A stretch of DNA of 63,619 bases, counting the filler, from Stramenopiles sp. TOSAG23-2 (lineage: Eukaryota): assembly GCA_900128395.1 (NCBI GenBank). It is 9 parts of 9 records of this genome, joined end to end, with 100 filler letters (N's around TTAATTAATTAA, not from the genome) between each part and the next. Parts side by side here need not be neighbours in the genome. Positions count along the whole stretch, not along the records: positions 1 to 8,574 come from LT650186.1; positions 8,675 to 17,243 come from LT650187.1; 7 more parts are not named here. One strand, written 5' to 3'. Shown one piece after another: positions 1 through 11,067 of this stretch. Both the position numbers and the translations under genes were made by a program. The notes below the pieces were generated by a model. It made no database searches and was not told the DNA's origin. It saw nothing but the letters and a program-made list of their open reading frames with translations. The number at the start of each line of letters is the position of its first letter. The stretch's first letter is position 1.

Positions 1-1
1 A

Positions 2-3000
2 TATTTACGGACAGTTAGTAACGAGATGCCAAAATCAGATGGAAAAGGCAAAGATGTTTCTACTATCTATGATTACTATGTAGATCGGGAATCGATTACA
101 TGGTCCAGATGGAGTGCACCAGAGTGGAAATATCCAGCATGGCAAGGTGACAATTTGGATTTTTCAAATTTATTAATACCAACATTGGATTCAACAAGAA
201 GTGAATTTATATTGAATCATTTGCATAACAAAAAGTACCCAACGTTAATGATTGGTGAAGGAGGAACTGCCAAAACTGTGACTGCATTGATGTTTTTCGA
301 AAAATTTGATGCCGAACAACGAAAGTTGAAGAAAGTCAATTTCAGTAGTGCAACGACTGGTGGTATGTTTCAAGCGTCCATTGAGGGCGAATTAGACAAA
401 CGAGGGGGTAAAACATTTGGACCACCAAACGGCAAGTTGATGACAGTATTTTTAGATGATTTAAATATGCCAGAAGTGAATGAATGGGGTGATCAACCAA
501 CATTGGAATGCGTTCGACAATTAGTTGCGACAAACAATGTATGTTTTTTAGATAAAGACAAACGTGGTGATTTAAAAAATGTCGAGGACTTAACTTACGT
601 TGCTGCTGCAAACAATCCAGCCGGTGGTAAAAATGATTTGCCATCAAGACTAAAACAACTATTTTTCATTTTCAATATGACGGTACCTACAACAGCATCA
701 ATAGATGACATATATGGCCAAATGTTAACTGGAAGATTTGGGTCTGCTGCTCCTGCAGCCGCTCCTGAACCAGGTAAAAAGAAGGGAAAAAAGCCTGCGA
801 ATTTAAAGGATTCAGCAAAGAAACTAACTGGTGCGACTATCGCTTTATGGCAATGGGTGAAGAAACATTTCTTACCAACGCCAAGTAAGTTTTTCTATGT
901 CTTCAACATGAGAGATTTATCACGCGTATTCCAAGGTGTTATGAGATCACCACGTGCAACTGTTGCTAATGAAAAGGTCTTATTGCAATTATGGAGACAC
1001 GAATGTGAGCGTGTATTTAGTGACAAATTAACAGATGTTGCCGATAAGAAACGTTTTGCTAAACAAATTGGTGATATTATGAATAAGGCATATGGTAGTG
1101 GTACGTCAAGCAACATTCAATCTAAAGACGAATATCCATTATTCGTTGACTTTTTAAGAGAGGATGAGTATGATGAAGATGGAATTTTGATCAGTGAAGC
1201 TCCTAGAATTTATGAGCGTGCTGGAAGATTACAAGATGTCAGACCAATTGCACAAATGTTTTTAGCTAACCATAACGAGGAGCGTCCAGCAGAACGGATG
1301 AATTTGATATTGTTTGATGATGCTCTTAGGCACATGTTGCGTGTTTCTCGCATTATTGGTAGTGATCGTGGAAATGCTTTATTAATAGGTGTTGGTGGTA
1401 GTGGAAAACGCTCATCGACGAAGCTTGCAGCATACATTGCGAGACAACGCACTTTCCAAATTACGTTGACTAAAGCATATAATGTATCTTCTTTAATGGA
1501 AGATATGCGAGAACTTTACAAGACTGCCGGCCAGCAAGGTAAAGGAATTACGTGGATCTTCACTGATACCGATATAGTCAATGAAGAATTTTTGGAATAC
1601 ATTAATTCATTGTTGATGACTGGAGAAGTTGCAGGTTTATTCCCGAAGGACGAGATGAATCTAATGGTAGCTGATTTAAGAGCAAACTTCGCCAAAGAAC
1701 GCCCAGATTCGCTTGATAATACAGAAAATTTAGTCAAGTACTTCGTTGACATTGTTCGAAAAAATCTACATATTGTGCTATGTATGTCACCAATGAATCC
1801 AAACTTTGCTGAACGAGCCAGAAAATTCCCAGGCTTAATTAATGGCACGACGATTGATTTCTTCTTATCATGGCCAAAGGAAGCATTAGTAGGTGTTGCA
1901 AACGGATACATCAAATCCTTCGATAAGCTGGAGTGTGAAAAAGATGTGTTGGGGGAGTTGACAGAACATATGGGAACTACTCATTCGACAATAGTTGAAA
2001 CATGTGATGGATATTTCCAAAAAATGCGAAGGCATGTACACCAAACGCCCAAAGCGTTTTTGTCTTACCTCGATTTATATAAGAAAATGTATACTGAAAA
2101 AATAGAACAAGTGAAAACGAAAGAGTCCAGAGTTAAATTGGGTCTAGACAAACTATTGAAAGGTGCAGCCGATGTTGAGGAAATGAAGGTTGAGCTTGCC
2201 AAACAAGAAGAGGTGTTAAAAGCGTCGGACAAAGAATGTTCTGCGATGTTAGGCACGTTGCAAGTCAGTTCGCTGGAAGCCAAAAAAGAGAGTGAAGCTG
2301 TTGGATTAATTCGAGATAGCTGTGAAAATGAGTCCAAAGTAATAGCAACTGAGAAAGAAGCTTGCCAAGCAGACTTAGATAAGGCACAACCATTTTTAGA
2401 TGAAGCTGAGAAAGCTGTAAATAGTATTAAACCAGCTGATTTAAATGAATTGAAGAAACTTCCAAAGCCATCAGATATTATCAAGTTGGTCTTTGATTGT
2501 GTGTCAATCTTGCGTATGCAACCTATGGCAAAGGTGGAGAAGGCACCTGTAACATTAGGTATTGGGAAAGACAAGGAAACGTTCATGTTTTTACAAAATA
2601 GTTACACTATTATTAAAGCAGGAATGTTGACTGATGCACACTTTTTGAAATCTTTATTTTACTTTTCTCAACATGAGAAAGACAATATGAATGAGGAAAC
2701 GATGGAGTTACTTAGTCCATATTTGGAATTGGAAGCATTTTTGCCCTCGGTCGCTAGGAATGCAAGTAGAGCCGCAGAAGGTCTATGTTCGTGGGTGCGT
2801 GCCATGGCGATGTATCATCATGCATCCAAAGTTGTCAAACCAAAGTTGGAAAAACTAGCACTTGCATCAGCTAAATTAGATGACGCAAATAGAGAGTTAG
2901 CAAAAGCAACTCAGCGTCTTGATAAATGTAAAGCTAAATTGGATGCTTTGCAAGAACAATTTGAAAGCAAAATGGCGGAGAAACAAGCCATTGAGGATAA

Positions 3001-6000
3001 TGCAAATAAAACTAGACGTAAGATGGAGATGGCAACGCAGTTGATTGACGGATTGTCTGGTGAACGACAACGGTGGAAAGAGGATAGTAAAAAATTTGCA
3101 GATGAAATCAAGCGTCTTGTTGGTGACTGCGCATCTGCATCTGCATTTATTTCCTATTGTGGACCATTTAACCAAGCATATAGAGATATGATCGTTAAAG
3201 GTAGAGTTGGGAATGACTTGCATAAGCGTAAAATCCCATCCACTGAAAATATTGATTTGAAAGAATTCTTGGCAGACCAAGGCATGATGGGAGAGTGGAA
3301 TGTTCAAGGTTTACCAACTGATCCATTATCTATTGATAATGGTATATTAGTAACTCAAGCAACTCGTTACCCGTTGTTAATTGACCCACAAGGGCAAGGC
3401 GTTGATTGGATTTTACGAAAAGAGGCAGATCGCATGCCAATGTTTGGTTCGACTACTTTAGATCACAATCGTTTGAAAGATCAAATTGAACAATGCCTAT
3501 CGGAAGGCATGGCGTTGATTATCACTGGCGTGGTGGAGGAAATTGATCCTATGTTGGAACCAATTATGGAGAAGCACGTCATCAAAAAAGCCCGATCATT
3601 GTATATTGAAGTTGGGGATAAATTGTGTGAATATGATCCTAATTTCTCAATGTATTTAACTACACGTTTACCTAATCCACATTTCAGTCCCGAAGTTCAA
3701 GCAAGGGTTACTGTTGTTGATTTTACAGTTACTTTGCTAGGTTTAGAAGAGCAATTACTTGGTCGTGTAATTAAAAAAGAGCAAAGGATTTTGGAGGATC
3801 AATTGAATGAAGTTTTATCCAGTGTAGCTGAAAATACAAAATCGCTATTACTATTAGACCAACAATTGTTATCTCGATTGACAGCTAATAAGGGCAATTT
3901 ATTAGATGACGTTGAGCTAATTGAAGTCTTAAATGAAACGAAATCTAAAGCAACGGAAGTAAAACAGAAGTTAATAGCTGCACAAGAAACGAAAGTTGCT
4001 ATCAATGAAAAGCGGGAACAGTATAGAGCAGTTGCTACACGCGCATCTGTACTATATTTTAGCGTCGTGGATATGTCCGCTGTGAACAATATGTATCTAA
4101 CATCGTTGACTCAATTTATTGAAATTTTTAATAAAAGTATGGATACTAGCGAGAAAGCTAACTTGGCATCAAAGCGTGTAACTAATATAATTGAAACTAT
4201 GACTTACGATGTTTACAGATATATGAATAGAGCAATGTATGGTTATGATAGATTGGCGTATATTTTAATTTCTGTTTGCAAAATGTTAGTAACAGCAAAA
4301 GTTTTGGATCAAAGCGAGGTAATGCTTTTGTTGAAAGGTGGCGCAGCATTGGATGCTGCTACAAGCAAACCGAAACCATTTGATTGGTTAGAAACGTCTG
4401 TTTGGCTAAATATAGTTAATTTATCGCAAGAAAGTTCCTTTTTCACGAGTTTATCAGATGACATGGTGCGTGGCGAGACACAGTGGCGACGCTGGTGGGA
4501 AGAAAATGCAGCGGAGACGGTTAGTCCACCGGAAATTGGTGCAAGATTTCCAACAGAAGGCCAGGCGAGGGGAGCATTTTTGAAACTGTTATTGATACGG
4601 TCACTAAGACCAGATCGCTTTATTCTTGCAGCATTAGAATTTGTTCGTGGATTAGAAGAAATTGAAGTCAAAGGTTCATCAACTAAATTGCCTGCATTGG
4701 GTCCAAAATATGTTGATCCTCAAACAGATACTATTGAGGAAATCTTCCCTTTAACAAACAGCAACTCTCCAATTATCTTTTTACTGAGTGCGGGAAGTGA
4801 TCCTACGGAGGATGTTTACGCGCTAAGTCGTAAGTTGAAGACGTCTGTTGGAACTGTTAGTCTGGGTGAAGGCCAGGAACCATATGCATTAAAAGCGATT
4901 AGTACAGCTTTCCATGGCGGTACTTGGGTTTTATTACAAAATTGTCATTTAGGATTAAGCTTTGTAAACACTTTAGAAGATTTGCTTTCTAAAATGAGAA
5001 AAACGGGCTCAAATACTGCTGAAAGCAGTGGTAATGAAGCTGCAAATAATTTTAGATTGTTTTTAACTACAGAGCCTCATCCAGAATTTCCATTAGGCTT
5101 ATTGCAATGCTCGATGAAAGTAACGAATGAGCCACCTGCCGGCTTGAGGGCCGGTATGTTGCACAATTACAGCGCATTTGTTGATCAAGAAAAATTAGAA
5201 CGCGTAGATACGCCACAGTGGAGAACTTTATTATTTGGATTATGCTTTTTACATAGTATTATCATGGAGAGAAGGAAATTTGGTGCATTAGGTTGGTGCA
5301 TTCCTTATGAATTCAATGCGTCGGATTTAGGTGCATGTGCAACGTTCTTGGAGAAACATTTGTACAGTCAACAAATTTCATGGCCAACGATGCAATACAT
5401 TGTCTCGGAAGTACAATACGGCGGTAAAATAACGGATGATTTGGATAGAAGATTGTTTAGCACGTATGCTGAATCATGGTTGACACCAAGTACATTGGCT
5501 CCTAATTTCAACTTCAATCCAGTTAATATGGTTGGTACCATACCGAAAGATTTTACATATTCAATTCCAGATGGTATGGAAATTGATATTTATCGACAAT
5601 ATTTGAGCACGTTCCCAGAGGTAGACTCGCCAGAAATCTTTGGTTTGCATCCAAATGCAGATATGACGTATCGTATGAAAGAAGTGAGAGAATTACTGGA
5701 CACTTTGCTGGAAACACAACCAAAAACTTCGTCTGGTGGCGGTGGAAAGACGCGGGAAGAAGTAGTCATAGAGAAGGCAAAGGAGTTATTAGAGAAACTG
5801 CCAGCTGGCTATGTACCAGATGTTTATACCAGTCAGATACAAAAATTGGGTGGCCTAGATGTTCCTTTGAATGTATTTTTATTTCAAGAAGTTCAACGTT
5901 TACAAATTGTAATACAAATCGTAAGGGAGACACTAACCATTTTGATGCAAGCAATTCGAGGAGAAGTCGTTATGACTTCTAGGTTGATGGAAAGCATGAA

Positions 6001-6631
6001 TGCAATGTATGATGCAAGAGTACCACCAAGTTGGGTGTTGACACCAAGCGGAAATGAACTATCATGGCTAAGTCCGAACCTAGGGGTTTGGTTTGGAAAC
6101 TTGATTGAACGAAACGAGCAGCTGTCAACGTGGTTGACGAAAGGTCGCCCAACATGTTTCAGCATAACCCATTTCTTTAATGCTCAAGGATTCTTAACTG
6201 CAATGAAACAAGAAGTAACAAGAGCTCATGCAAAGGAAAGATGGTCCTTAGATGACGTGGTTCTGCATGCAGAAGTCACTGAATTCGCTGGAAAAGCAAA
6301 TGTTAAAAAATCGCCTAGTGAAGGTGTATACGTATATGGTTTGTATCTCGATGGATGTTCATGGAGCAAACCAGATAATTCATTGGTAGAATCAGAGCCA
6401 AAAAAATTGTTTGCTGCTTTGCCTGTCCTATTTGTAACTGCAGTAACTTCGACACAAAAACGTGGAAGTGCCGGTGAGTATGGGCCATATGGACCATATC
6501 GTTGTCCACTATACAAATATCCAAGGAGAACAGATTTACATTTGATATGCATGGTTGATTTGCCAACAAGAGAAACACGCCCACAACATTGGGCATTAAG
6601 AGGTGCTGCTTTGCTTTGTTCAATGGAATAA
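2..6631 (+). CDS. DNAH5: Axonemal dynein heavy chain, outer-arm gamma (DNAH5/DNAH8) type; 5'-partial, intronless here
   Basis: Frame is open from base 2. AAA3 P-loop GEGGTAKT, VFLDDLNMP, AAA4 GVGGSGKR, stalk/MTBD coiled coil, PLLIDPQGQ, WVLLQNCHL, C-terminal HWALRGAALLC. Confidence 0.93.
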   Translation, partial: YLRTVSNEMPKSDGKGKDVSTIYDYYVDRESITWSRWSAPEWKYPAWQGDNLDFSNLLIPTLDSTRSEFILNHLHNKKYPTLMIGEGGTAKTVTALMFFEKFDAEQRKLKKVNFSSATTGGMFQASIEGELDKRGGKTFGPPNGKLMTVFLDDLNMPEVNEWGDQPTLECVRQLVATNNVCFLDKDKRGDLKNVEDLTYVAAANNPAGGKNDLPSRLKQLFFIFNMTVPTTASIDDIYGQMLTGRFGSAAPAAAPEPGKKKGKKPANLKDSAKKLTGATIALWQWVKKHFLPTPSKFFYVFNMRDLSRVFQGVMRSPRATVANEKVLLQLWRHECERVFSDKLTDVADKKRFAKQIGDIMNKAYGSGTSSNIQSKDEYPLFVDFLREDEYDEDGILISEAPRIYERAGRLQDVRPIAQMFLANHNEERPAERMNLILFDDALRHMLRVSRIIGSDRGNALLIGVGGSGKRSSTKLAAYIARQRTFQITLTKAYNVSSLMEDMRELYKTAGQQGKGITWIFTDTDIVNEEFLEYINSLLMTGEVAGLFPKDEMNLMVADLRANFAKERPDSLDNTENLVKYFVDIVRKNLHIVLCMSPMNPNFAERARKFPGLINGTTIDFFLSWPKEALVGVANGYIKSFDKLECEKDVLGELTEHMGTTHSTIVETCDGYFQKMRRHVHQTPKAFLSYLDLYKKMYTEKIEQVKTKESRVKLGLDKLLKGAADVEEMKVELAKQEEVLKASDKECSAMLGTLQVSSLEAKKESEAVGLIRDSCENESKVIATEKEACQADLDKAQPFLDEAEKAVNSIKPADLNELKKLPKPSDIIKLVFDCVSILRMQPMAKVEKAPVTLGIGKDKETFMFLQNSYTIIKAGMLTDAHFLKSLFYFSQHEKDNMNEETMELLSPYLELEAFLPSVARNASRAAEGLCSWVRAMAMYHHASKVVKPKLEKLALASAKLDDANRELAKATQRLDKCKAKLDALQEQFESKMAEKQAIEDNANKTRRKMEMATQLIDGLSGERQRWKEDSKKFADEIKRLVGDCASASAFISYCGPFNQAYRDMIVKGRVGNDLHKRKIPSTENIDLKEFLADQGMMGEWNVQGLPTDPLSIDNGILVTQATRYPLLIDPQGQGVDWILRKEADRMPMFGSTTLDHNRLKDQIEQCLSEGMALIITGVVEEIDPMLEPIMEKHVIKKARSLYIEVGDKLCEYDPNFSMYLTTRLPNPHFSPEVQARVTVVDFTVTLLGLEEQLLGRVIKKEQRILEDQLNEVLSSVAENTKSLLLLDQQLLSRLTANKGNLLDDVELIEVLNETKSKATEVKQKLIAAQETKVAINEKREQYRAVATRASVLYFSVVDMSAVNNMYLTSLTQFIEIFNKSMDTSEKANLASKRVTNIIETMTYDVYRYMNRAMYGYDRLAYILISVCKMLVTAKVLDQSEVMLLLKGGAALDAATSKPKPFDWLETSVWLNIVNLSQESSFFTSLSDDMVRGETQWRRWWEENAAETVSPPEIGARFPTEGQARGAFLKLLLIRSLRPDRFILAALEFVRGLEEIEVKGSSTKLPALGPKYVDPQTDTIEEIFPLTNSNSPIIFLLSAGSDPTEDVYALSRKLKTSVGTVSLGEGQEPYALKAISTAFHGGTWVLLQNCHLGLSFVNTLEDLLSKMRKTGSNTAESSGNEAANNFRLFLTTEPHPEFPLGLLQCSMKVTNEPPAGLRAGMLHNYSAFVDQEKLERVDTPQWRTLLFGLCFLHSIIMERRKFGALGWCIPYEFNASDLGACATFLEKHLYSQQISWPTMQYIVSEVQYGGKITDDLDRRLFSTYAESWLTPSTLAPNFNFNPVNMVGTIPKDFTYSIPDGMEIDIYRQYLSTFPEVDSPEIFGLHPNADMTYRMKEVRELLDTLLETQPKTSSGGGGKTREEVVIEKAKELLEKLPAGYVPDVYTSQIQKLGGLDVPLNVFLFQEVQRLQIVIQIVRETLTILMQAIRGEVVMTSRLMESMNAMYDARVPPSWVLTPSGNELSWLSPNLGVWFGNLIERNEQLSTWLTKGRPTCFSITHFFNAQGFLTAMKQEVTRAHAKERWSLDDVVLHAEVTEFAGKANVKKSPSEGVYVYGLYLDGCSWSKPDNSLVESEPKKLFAALPVLFVTAVTSTQKRGSAGEYGPYGPYRCPLYKYPRRTDLHLICMVDLPTRETRPQHWALRGAALLCSME

Positions 6632-6959
6632 ATATAAATCACCCTGACTGCGCGGGGTGTATTTAGTAGAGGGAGAGGGAAAGAAATTTGTTCACATACA
6701 AAACTCGTTCTCGTACGAAGCATTAAAATTAAAAAAAAAAATTATATGCATTATACGAGTGTAATTAATAATTAGGAATTATCACGCGGAGTAGAAATAA
6801 ATTTTTTTTAAAATACGCTCTCTCTTACATTTATTAGTATAAGAGATATAAAAATGCAAGAAAAATGATTTTTTACCTCGAACGTATGATATGAGTTCGT
6901 ACTTCGTACATGTGACATACACATATATATCATAGAATATCATATGATATCTTCTTCTC

Positions 6960-8027
6960 TCATGTCGATAATAATTGCCACAGTGATATTCCAACACTAA
7001 CTCCAACATTTAAAGAATCTACGGAACTTATTTTCTTGTTTGTATTATCAGTGTTGTTATTATTATTCCTCATATTACCACCAGTTGGTATTTTATATAA
7101 ATGATCACATACATCTAACACTTGTTTACGTAACCCTTTCCCTTCATTACCAAAAACTAAGATAGTTGGGTTTTTGTTTAATTTCATCTCAGATATATCC
7201 ACCGCATCTCTTGATAAACATGTACCATATACATTAAAATTATACGTTGAAGCAGCAATTTCTAAAAAATTGGGAGTATTTAATTTACCAGATATTGTTC
7301 TTAATTTATCACTAGCAGATAATTCTTCAACTGCACCAGAGGAAACAACAGCAACTGTAGGACTAACAGGGCATGAATTTTTTTTAGAAAATGTTATCAT
7401 GTCAATATCAAAATATGCAGCTGTACGAAGCACATTACCAAAATTCCTCGGATCATTGAATTCATCCAAATGCAATATTACAGGTGCTTTATCGTTTGAT
7501 GTTTTTGATGCTAATGATTCCAATTCATTCAGTGTAATATCTGGTATGGATAACTCTGAGCAATCTAATGCAGCACCTTGGTGTTTTTCATTGGACGTCA
7601 TATTATTCATTACATGTTTTGTTTCATACTCAATAGGTATCTCCAAGTCTCTTGCAATATCTTCTATGTAATTTATATCACTTCGTTTATCACCATATAG
7701 AATATTGGACTGTAAATATAACTTATAAAATTTCTTTCTTCTTGTTTGTTTTGCATATTTTAGAGCTGATAATACAGCATTTGTTGTATACAATAATTCA
7801 CCGTATGGTTGATAAGAAGAAGAGTTTTCGTTGCTAAAATTATTGCGATAATGGTTCTTATTATATCTACTTACTGATTTATTCTTTCTATAATTCTTAT
7901 TCTTATTATTTTTCTGATGATGAATATCTTTATTGTATCTATATACAGAAAAATGTTTTACATGGTGCAATTGGATTTGCTGTCCTCTTCTTATGATCTT
8001 GAAATAGCTTTTGAAAGGGGAATTCAT
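6960..8027 (-). CDS. MRM1: SpoU/TrmH-family rRNA 2'-O-methyltransferase (RlmB/MRM1-like), probably mitochondrial
   Basis: HQG, LDEFNDPRNFGNVLRTA, LVFGNEGKGL and DSLNVGVS SPOUT motifs; basic N-terminus resembling a presequence. Confidence 0.85.
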   Translation of the reverse strand: MNSPFKSYFKIIRRGQQIQLHHVKHFSVYRYNKDIHHQKNNKNKNYRKNKSVSRYNKNHYRNNFSNENSSSYQPYGELLYTTNAVLSALKYAKQTRRKKFYKLYLQSNILYGDKRSDINYIEDIARDLEIPIEYETKHVMNNMTSNEKHQGAALDCSELSIPDITLNELESLASKTSNDKAPVILHLDEFNDPRNFGNVLRTAAYFDIDMITFSKKNSCPVSPTVAVVSSGAVEELSASDKLRTISGKLNTPNFLEIAASTYNFNVYGTCLSRDAVDISEMKLNKNPTILVFGNEGKGLRKQVLDVCDHLYKIPTGGNMRNNNNNTDNTNKKISSVDSLNVGVSVGISLWQLLST

Positions 8028-8354
8028 ATCAAATAATGATAGGCGGATTGTTTCTTTATTTATATATTACCGTGTTTGCATTAAGTATTTTCATGATTTG
8101 TATATTGTATACAGTATTACATTCTAATTCCTCGTATACAATTGAAATAATATGAATGACCATATGTACATGATTATTATTAACAAAAGCACAATCCGAT
8201 ACAAGCTTTTTCTATCCCAAAATATGCTAATGCTATTCCCATGTATTTTCATTTGCATTTTTACAAGATTTGTGATCTAATAGTATTTACCTGCTATTTT
8301 TCATTTAAGGACCCTTCTAATTTATAATACAGCTTCACTATATCTAGGAAACGT

Positions 8355-8574
8355 ATGACACGAAAAAAAATTAATACCGCACCAGGGAATAATATTTTCC
8401 TACAAGTTCGTGTGTATCATCCTCGTAATACATATATACTTCGGTACGTATATATAATATATCATGAGTAAATTAAAAAATTAAGTTATATGCATTAATT
8501 AAATATATATATATATATATTAAACAAGGAAGTAGAGGGACAGTTATTGAGGCGACCTCACGTAAGGATGGAAA
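8355..8574 (+). CDS. Possible 5' fragment of a spliced gene, cut by the scaffold end
   Basis: ATG at 8355 opens MTRKKINTAPGNNIFLQVRVYHPRNTYILR, then a GTACGT donor and AT-rich spacer; a TAG acceptor near 8535 continues in frame (GTVIEATSRKDG). No family recognised. Confidence 0.25.
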
Positions 8575-8674
8575 NNNNNNNNNNNNNNNNNNNNNNNNNN
8601 NNNNNNNNNNNNNNNNNNTTAATTAATTAANNNNNNNNNNNNNNNNNNNNNNNNNNNNNNNNNNNNNNNNNNNN
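8575..8674. other. Artificial scaffold-joining linker (N44-TTAATTAATTAA-N44); also at 17244-17343, 25905-26004, 34561-34660, 43213-43312, 51859-51958, 60493-60592, 62057-62156
   Basis: Eight identical 100-bp blocks with stops in all six frames; scaffold lengths decrease monotonically (8574, 8569, 8561, 8556, 8552, 8546, 8534, 1464, 1463). Confidence 0.98.
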
Positions 8675-8828
8675 TATCCAGAATGCGAATAGTATGGGAA
8701 TAGCATTGAACACTAATAGAAACTTTTACATATCTATTTTATTGACAAAGAATGTCAGTATTTATATTTATTGATGTATATATATAGATATGAAAATTTT
8801 AAATGTAGATTTATACACACAGACTTTA

Positions 8829-8953
8829 TTATGGTTTGTAACAAGTTGTACAAACTGTCTGGAAATTTTTAGCTTGTTTGGTAGGATTTATTATTTCCTA
8901 CCAAATGAAACAATAATTTGGAGACAGTTTGAATAACTTTTTACAATACATAA
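8829..8953. repeat. Long imperfect inverted repeat (foldback)
   Basis: TGTAACAAGTTGTACAAACTGTCTGGAAATT...TTTGGTAGGA pairs with TCCTACCAAA...AATTTGGAGACAGTTTGAATAACTTTTTACA. Confidence 0.75.
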
Positions 8954-9453
8954 CCAATTACATTTTCATAATTAACATCTAATTATACATATATTATTAT
9001 TAGTAGCAGTATATATATATCTTATAAATAACATTTGCAACTGTTCAATTTTATCTTGTATTATTTAATTTATAAACAGTTGTCTTCAATAAATGGATTT
9101 TTATTATTATATATAACATATTAATAATAAAAATCATGATATAAACAATTATCTCATAGAGTATCTAATTTAAATTAATCATATTCTATAATATATCTGT
9201 CTATGTATCTATATATATTTTTGTATATGTGTTTGTATCTGAAATATATGTTGTTTTTCTGAACGTTTATGTTTTCATGGCATTTTAGACGAGAATCCTT
9301 AAATATTATTTCATTTTGATAGGTGTCTATACTAATTACAATAAGAACAAAAATAATCCTTTGTAGACTGCCAAGCCTAAGATCCTATTTAAAAAGTGGA
9401 AAAACACTAAAAAATATGAAAAAAATAACACTATTCATAATGGATGTTGGCGT

Positions 9454-9511
9454 TCTGGACCAGAGGTTTTCCTTGTCAGAATACTGGCAAGGAAAATCTC
9501 TGGTGTCCAGA
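9454..9511. repeat. GC-richer hairpin, ~26-bp stem with a 4-nt loop
   Basis: TCTGGACCAGAGGTTTTCCTTGTCAG-AATA-CTGGCAAGGAAAATCTCTGGTGTCCAGA. Confidence 0.8.
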
Positions 9512-9695
9512 GTACTGTACCAGCAAGGTGCCAAGGAAAAATTTCTGAAATCTAAATCCTATAAATCCGTCATACTTTTTTAAAAATATATTAAGTATAT
9601 ATATTTGTATACTAAGNNNNNNNNNNNNNNNNNNNNNNNNNNNNNNNNNNNNNNNNNNNNNNNNNNNNNNNNNNNNNNNNNNNNNNNNNNNNNNN

Positions 9696-9860
9696 AAAAT
9701 TTCTGAAATCTAAATCCTAAATCCGTCATACTTTTTTAAAAATATATTAAGTATATATATTTGTATACTAAGATTCCGATTTTATTTGGTGGCACTATTA
9801 GTGTACAAATATATATACTTAACATATTTTAAATAAAGTACGAACGATTTCAGAAATTTT
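9696..9860. repeat. Foldback/MITE-like inverted repeat with ~65-75-bp arms; left arm duplicated before the N gap (about 9537-9616)
   Basis: AAAATTTTCTGAAATC...TTAAGTATATATATTTGTATACTAA pairs with TTAGTGTACAAATATATATACTTAA...GATTTCAGAAATTTT. Confidence 0.75.
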
Positions 9861-10092
9861 TTCATTTTCCATAAAATACCTTAAAAAATAATAGCATATA
9901 ATAGGAATAGCATCGGTTTAATTTTATAAAGTAAGTCAATGCAAAATTTTTGGGTAATATAAAATCAGAGAGAAGATAAAATCCATTGCCAACTTCATTA
10001 AGGCGGTTTTTTATAAATACCAAGGAATGCCTCTAATGAAAAAAACATAGACAAATATACACACAGGTACAAAACACATTTTTTATGTTCAC

Positions 10093-11067
10093 TCACAATT
10101 TCGATGTCGGCGCCTTTAAGAAGCCACATAATATGCGTGTTTCAACATTGGATCGTGGTCTTGGATTCTCAATCAATTGATGTTTCACTGCTGTATGAAA
10201 GCTATGTGTTGGATATCCAGGCCTACCATCAATTTGAGTAAAGACAAGGCATTCATGCAATTGTAAATTTGGATAATAATACCATCGATGTTTCTTACTA
10301 TATGTTGGTTGTGCAATCGGTGGTGCGTATGTTTCCTGCGGTTTGCCACCTTTTGGCGTTACATTGTATCCTAATGATACTTTATGTACATCTTTAATAT
10401 CCATCGATGTCCAATCGAGTAATGCCAATGGGGCAGTCTCTACAGGGAAATTAGTTGGTTGCCATATATTAAAAAATGCATAATCCATTTGTTTTGCACG
10501 TTCCACTGATACCCCACGTTTCGTTAACATTTTAAATGCACCGGGTAAAATTTCATCCGTAAAATCAGTATGTGCAAACGTAGCATATGCAGTTAAATAT
10601 TCCACCGCTTTGGTTGCCTTTGAACGTGCCTCGCCACCTACTTGCTGCGTCTTATCGCTTCGAACAGCATGTGTTACAAAATGTGCTTCATCTGCACCAG
10701 TCAATCGTTTAACCAATTCTTCACACTCACGGAAATAAACAGATCGAGTTTTAATTGACGCTTCTGTTTCTGGTATAGTTTTATCTGTGCGATACACCAT
10801 AGGATTTTGTATTAAAGGCAGATCATCATGTACCTTTGATAAAAAATTTGATATCTTTACAAAACCATGTTTTCGCAACAAGTCTTTATCATCTTCATTT
10901 ATAAACTTTGGTTCTTTACGTCCATCATTTAATGTCACAGTAAACGCATCAGTTATAAATTTACGTGTTTCTGCTGTATAGGTGACCCGTTCACCGTTAT
11001 AATCTTTATATTTATTTTTTAAATATCGTATATCAACCGTGTCCGGCATTACGTTAACAGCAGCCAT
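10093..11067 (-). CDS. AsaB/CmcJ/NvfI-like 2-oxoglutarate/Fe(II) dioxygenase with C-terminal PTS1 (SKL)
   Basis: AHTDFT (HxD), NIWQP, PLALLD, HRWYYYPNL, HTA and RSNVETR motifs; likely start MAAVNV at 11067; ends PTSKL*. Confidence 0.8.
   Translation of the reverse strand: MAAVNVMPDTVDIRYLKNKYKDYNGERVTYTAETRKFITDAFTVTLNDGRKEPKFINEDDKDLLRKHGFVKISNFLSKVHDDLPLIQNPMVYRTDKTIPETEASIKTRSVYFRECEELVKRLTGADEAHFVTHAVRSDKTQQVGGEARSKATKAVEYLTAYATFAHTDFTDEILPGAFKMLTKRGVSVERAKQMDYAFFNIWQPTNFPVETAPLALLDWTSMDIKDVHKVSLGYNVTPKGGKPQETYAPPIAQPTYSKKHRWYYYPNLQLHECLVFTQIDGRPGYPTHSFHTAVKHQLIENPRPRSNVETRILCGFLKAPTSKL

Noticed and set aside
342-6723. Many antisense/nested ORFs inside dynein, UBR1, PWP2, FtsX and others
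   Set aside because: Shadow ORFs of long coding frames with no recognisable motifs.
8575-8674. Regularly spaced TTAATTAATTAA motif every ~8.6 kb
   Set aside because: Always centred in 44+44 Ns; a six-frame-stop concatenation linker, not biology.
9323-9583. 86-aa ORF
   Set aside because: GTG start, overlaps hairpin repeats, no motifs.
9537-9771. Direct repeats flanking N gaps (also around 33526-33571 and 33888-33973)
   Set aside because: Overlapping contig ends left unmerged; collapsing the latter two restores a reading frame.
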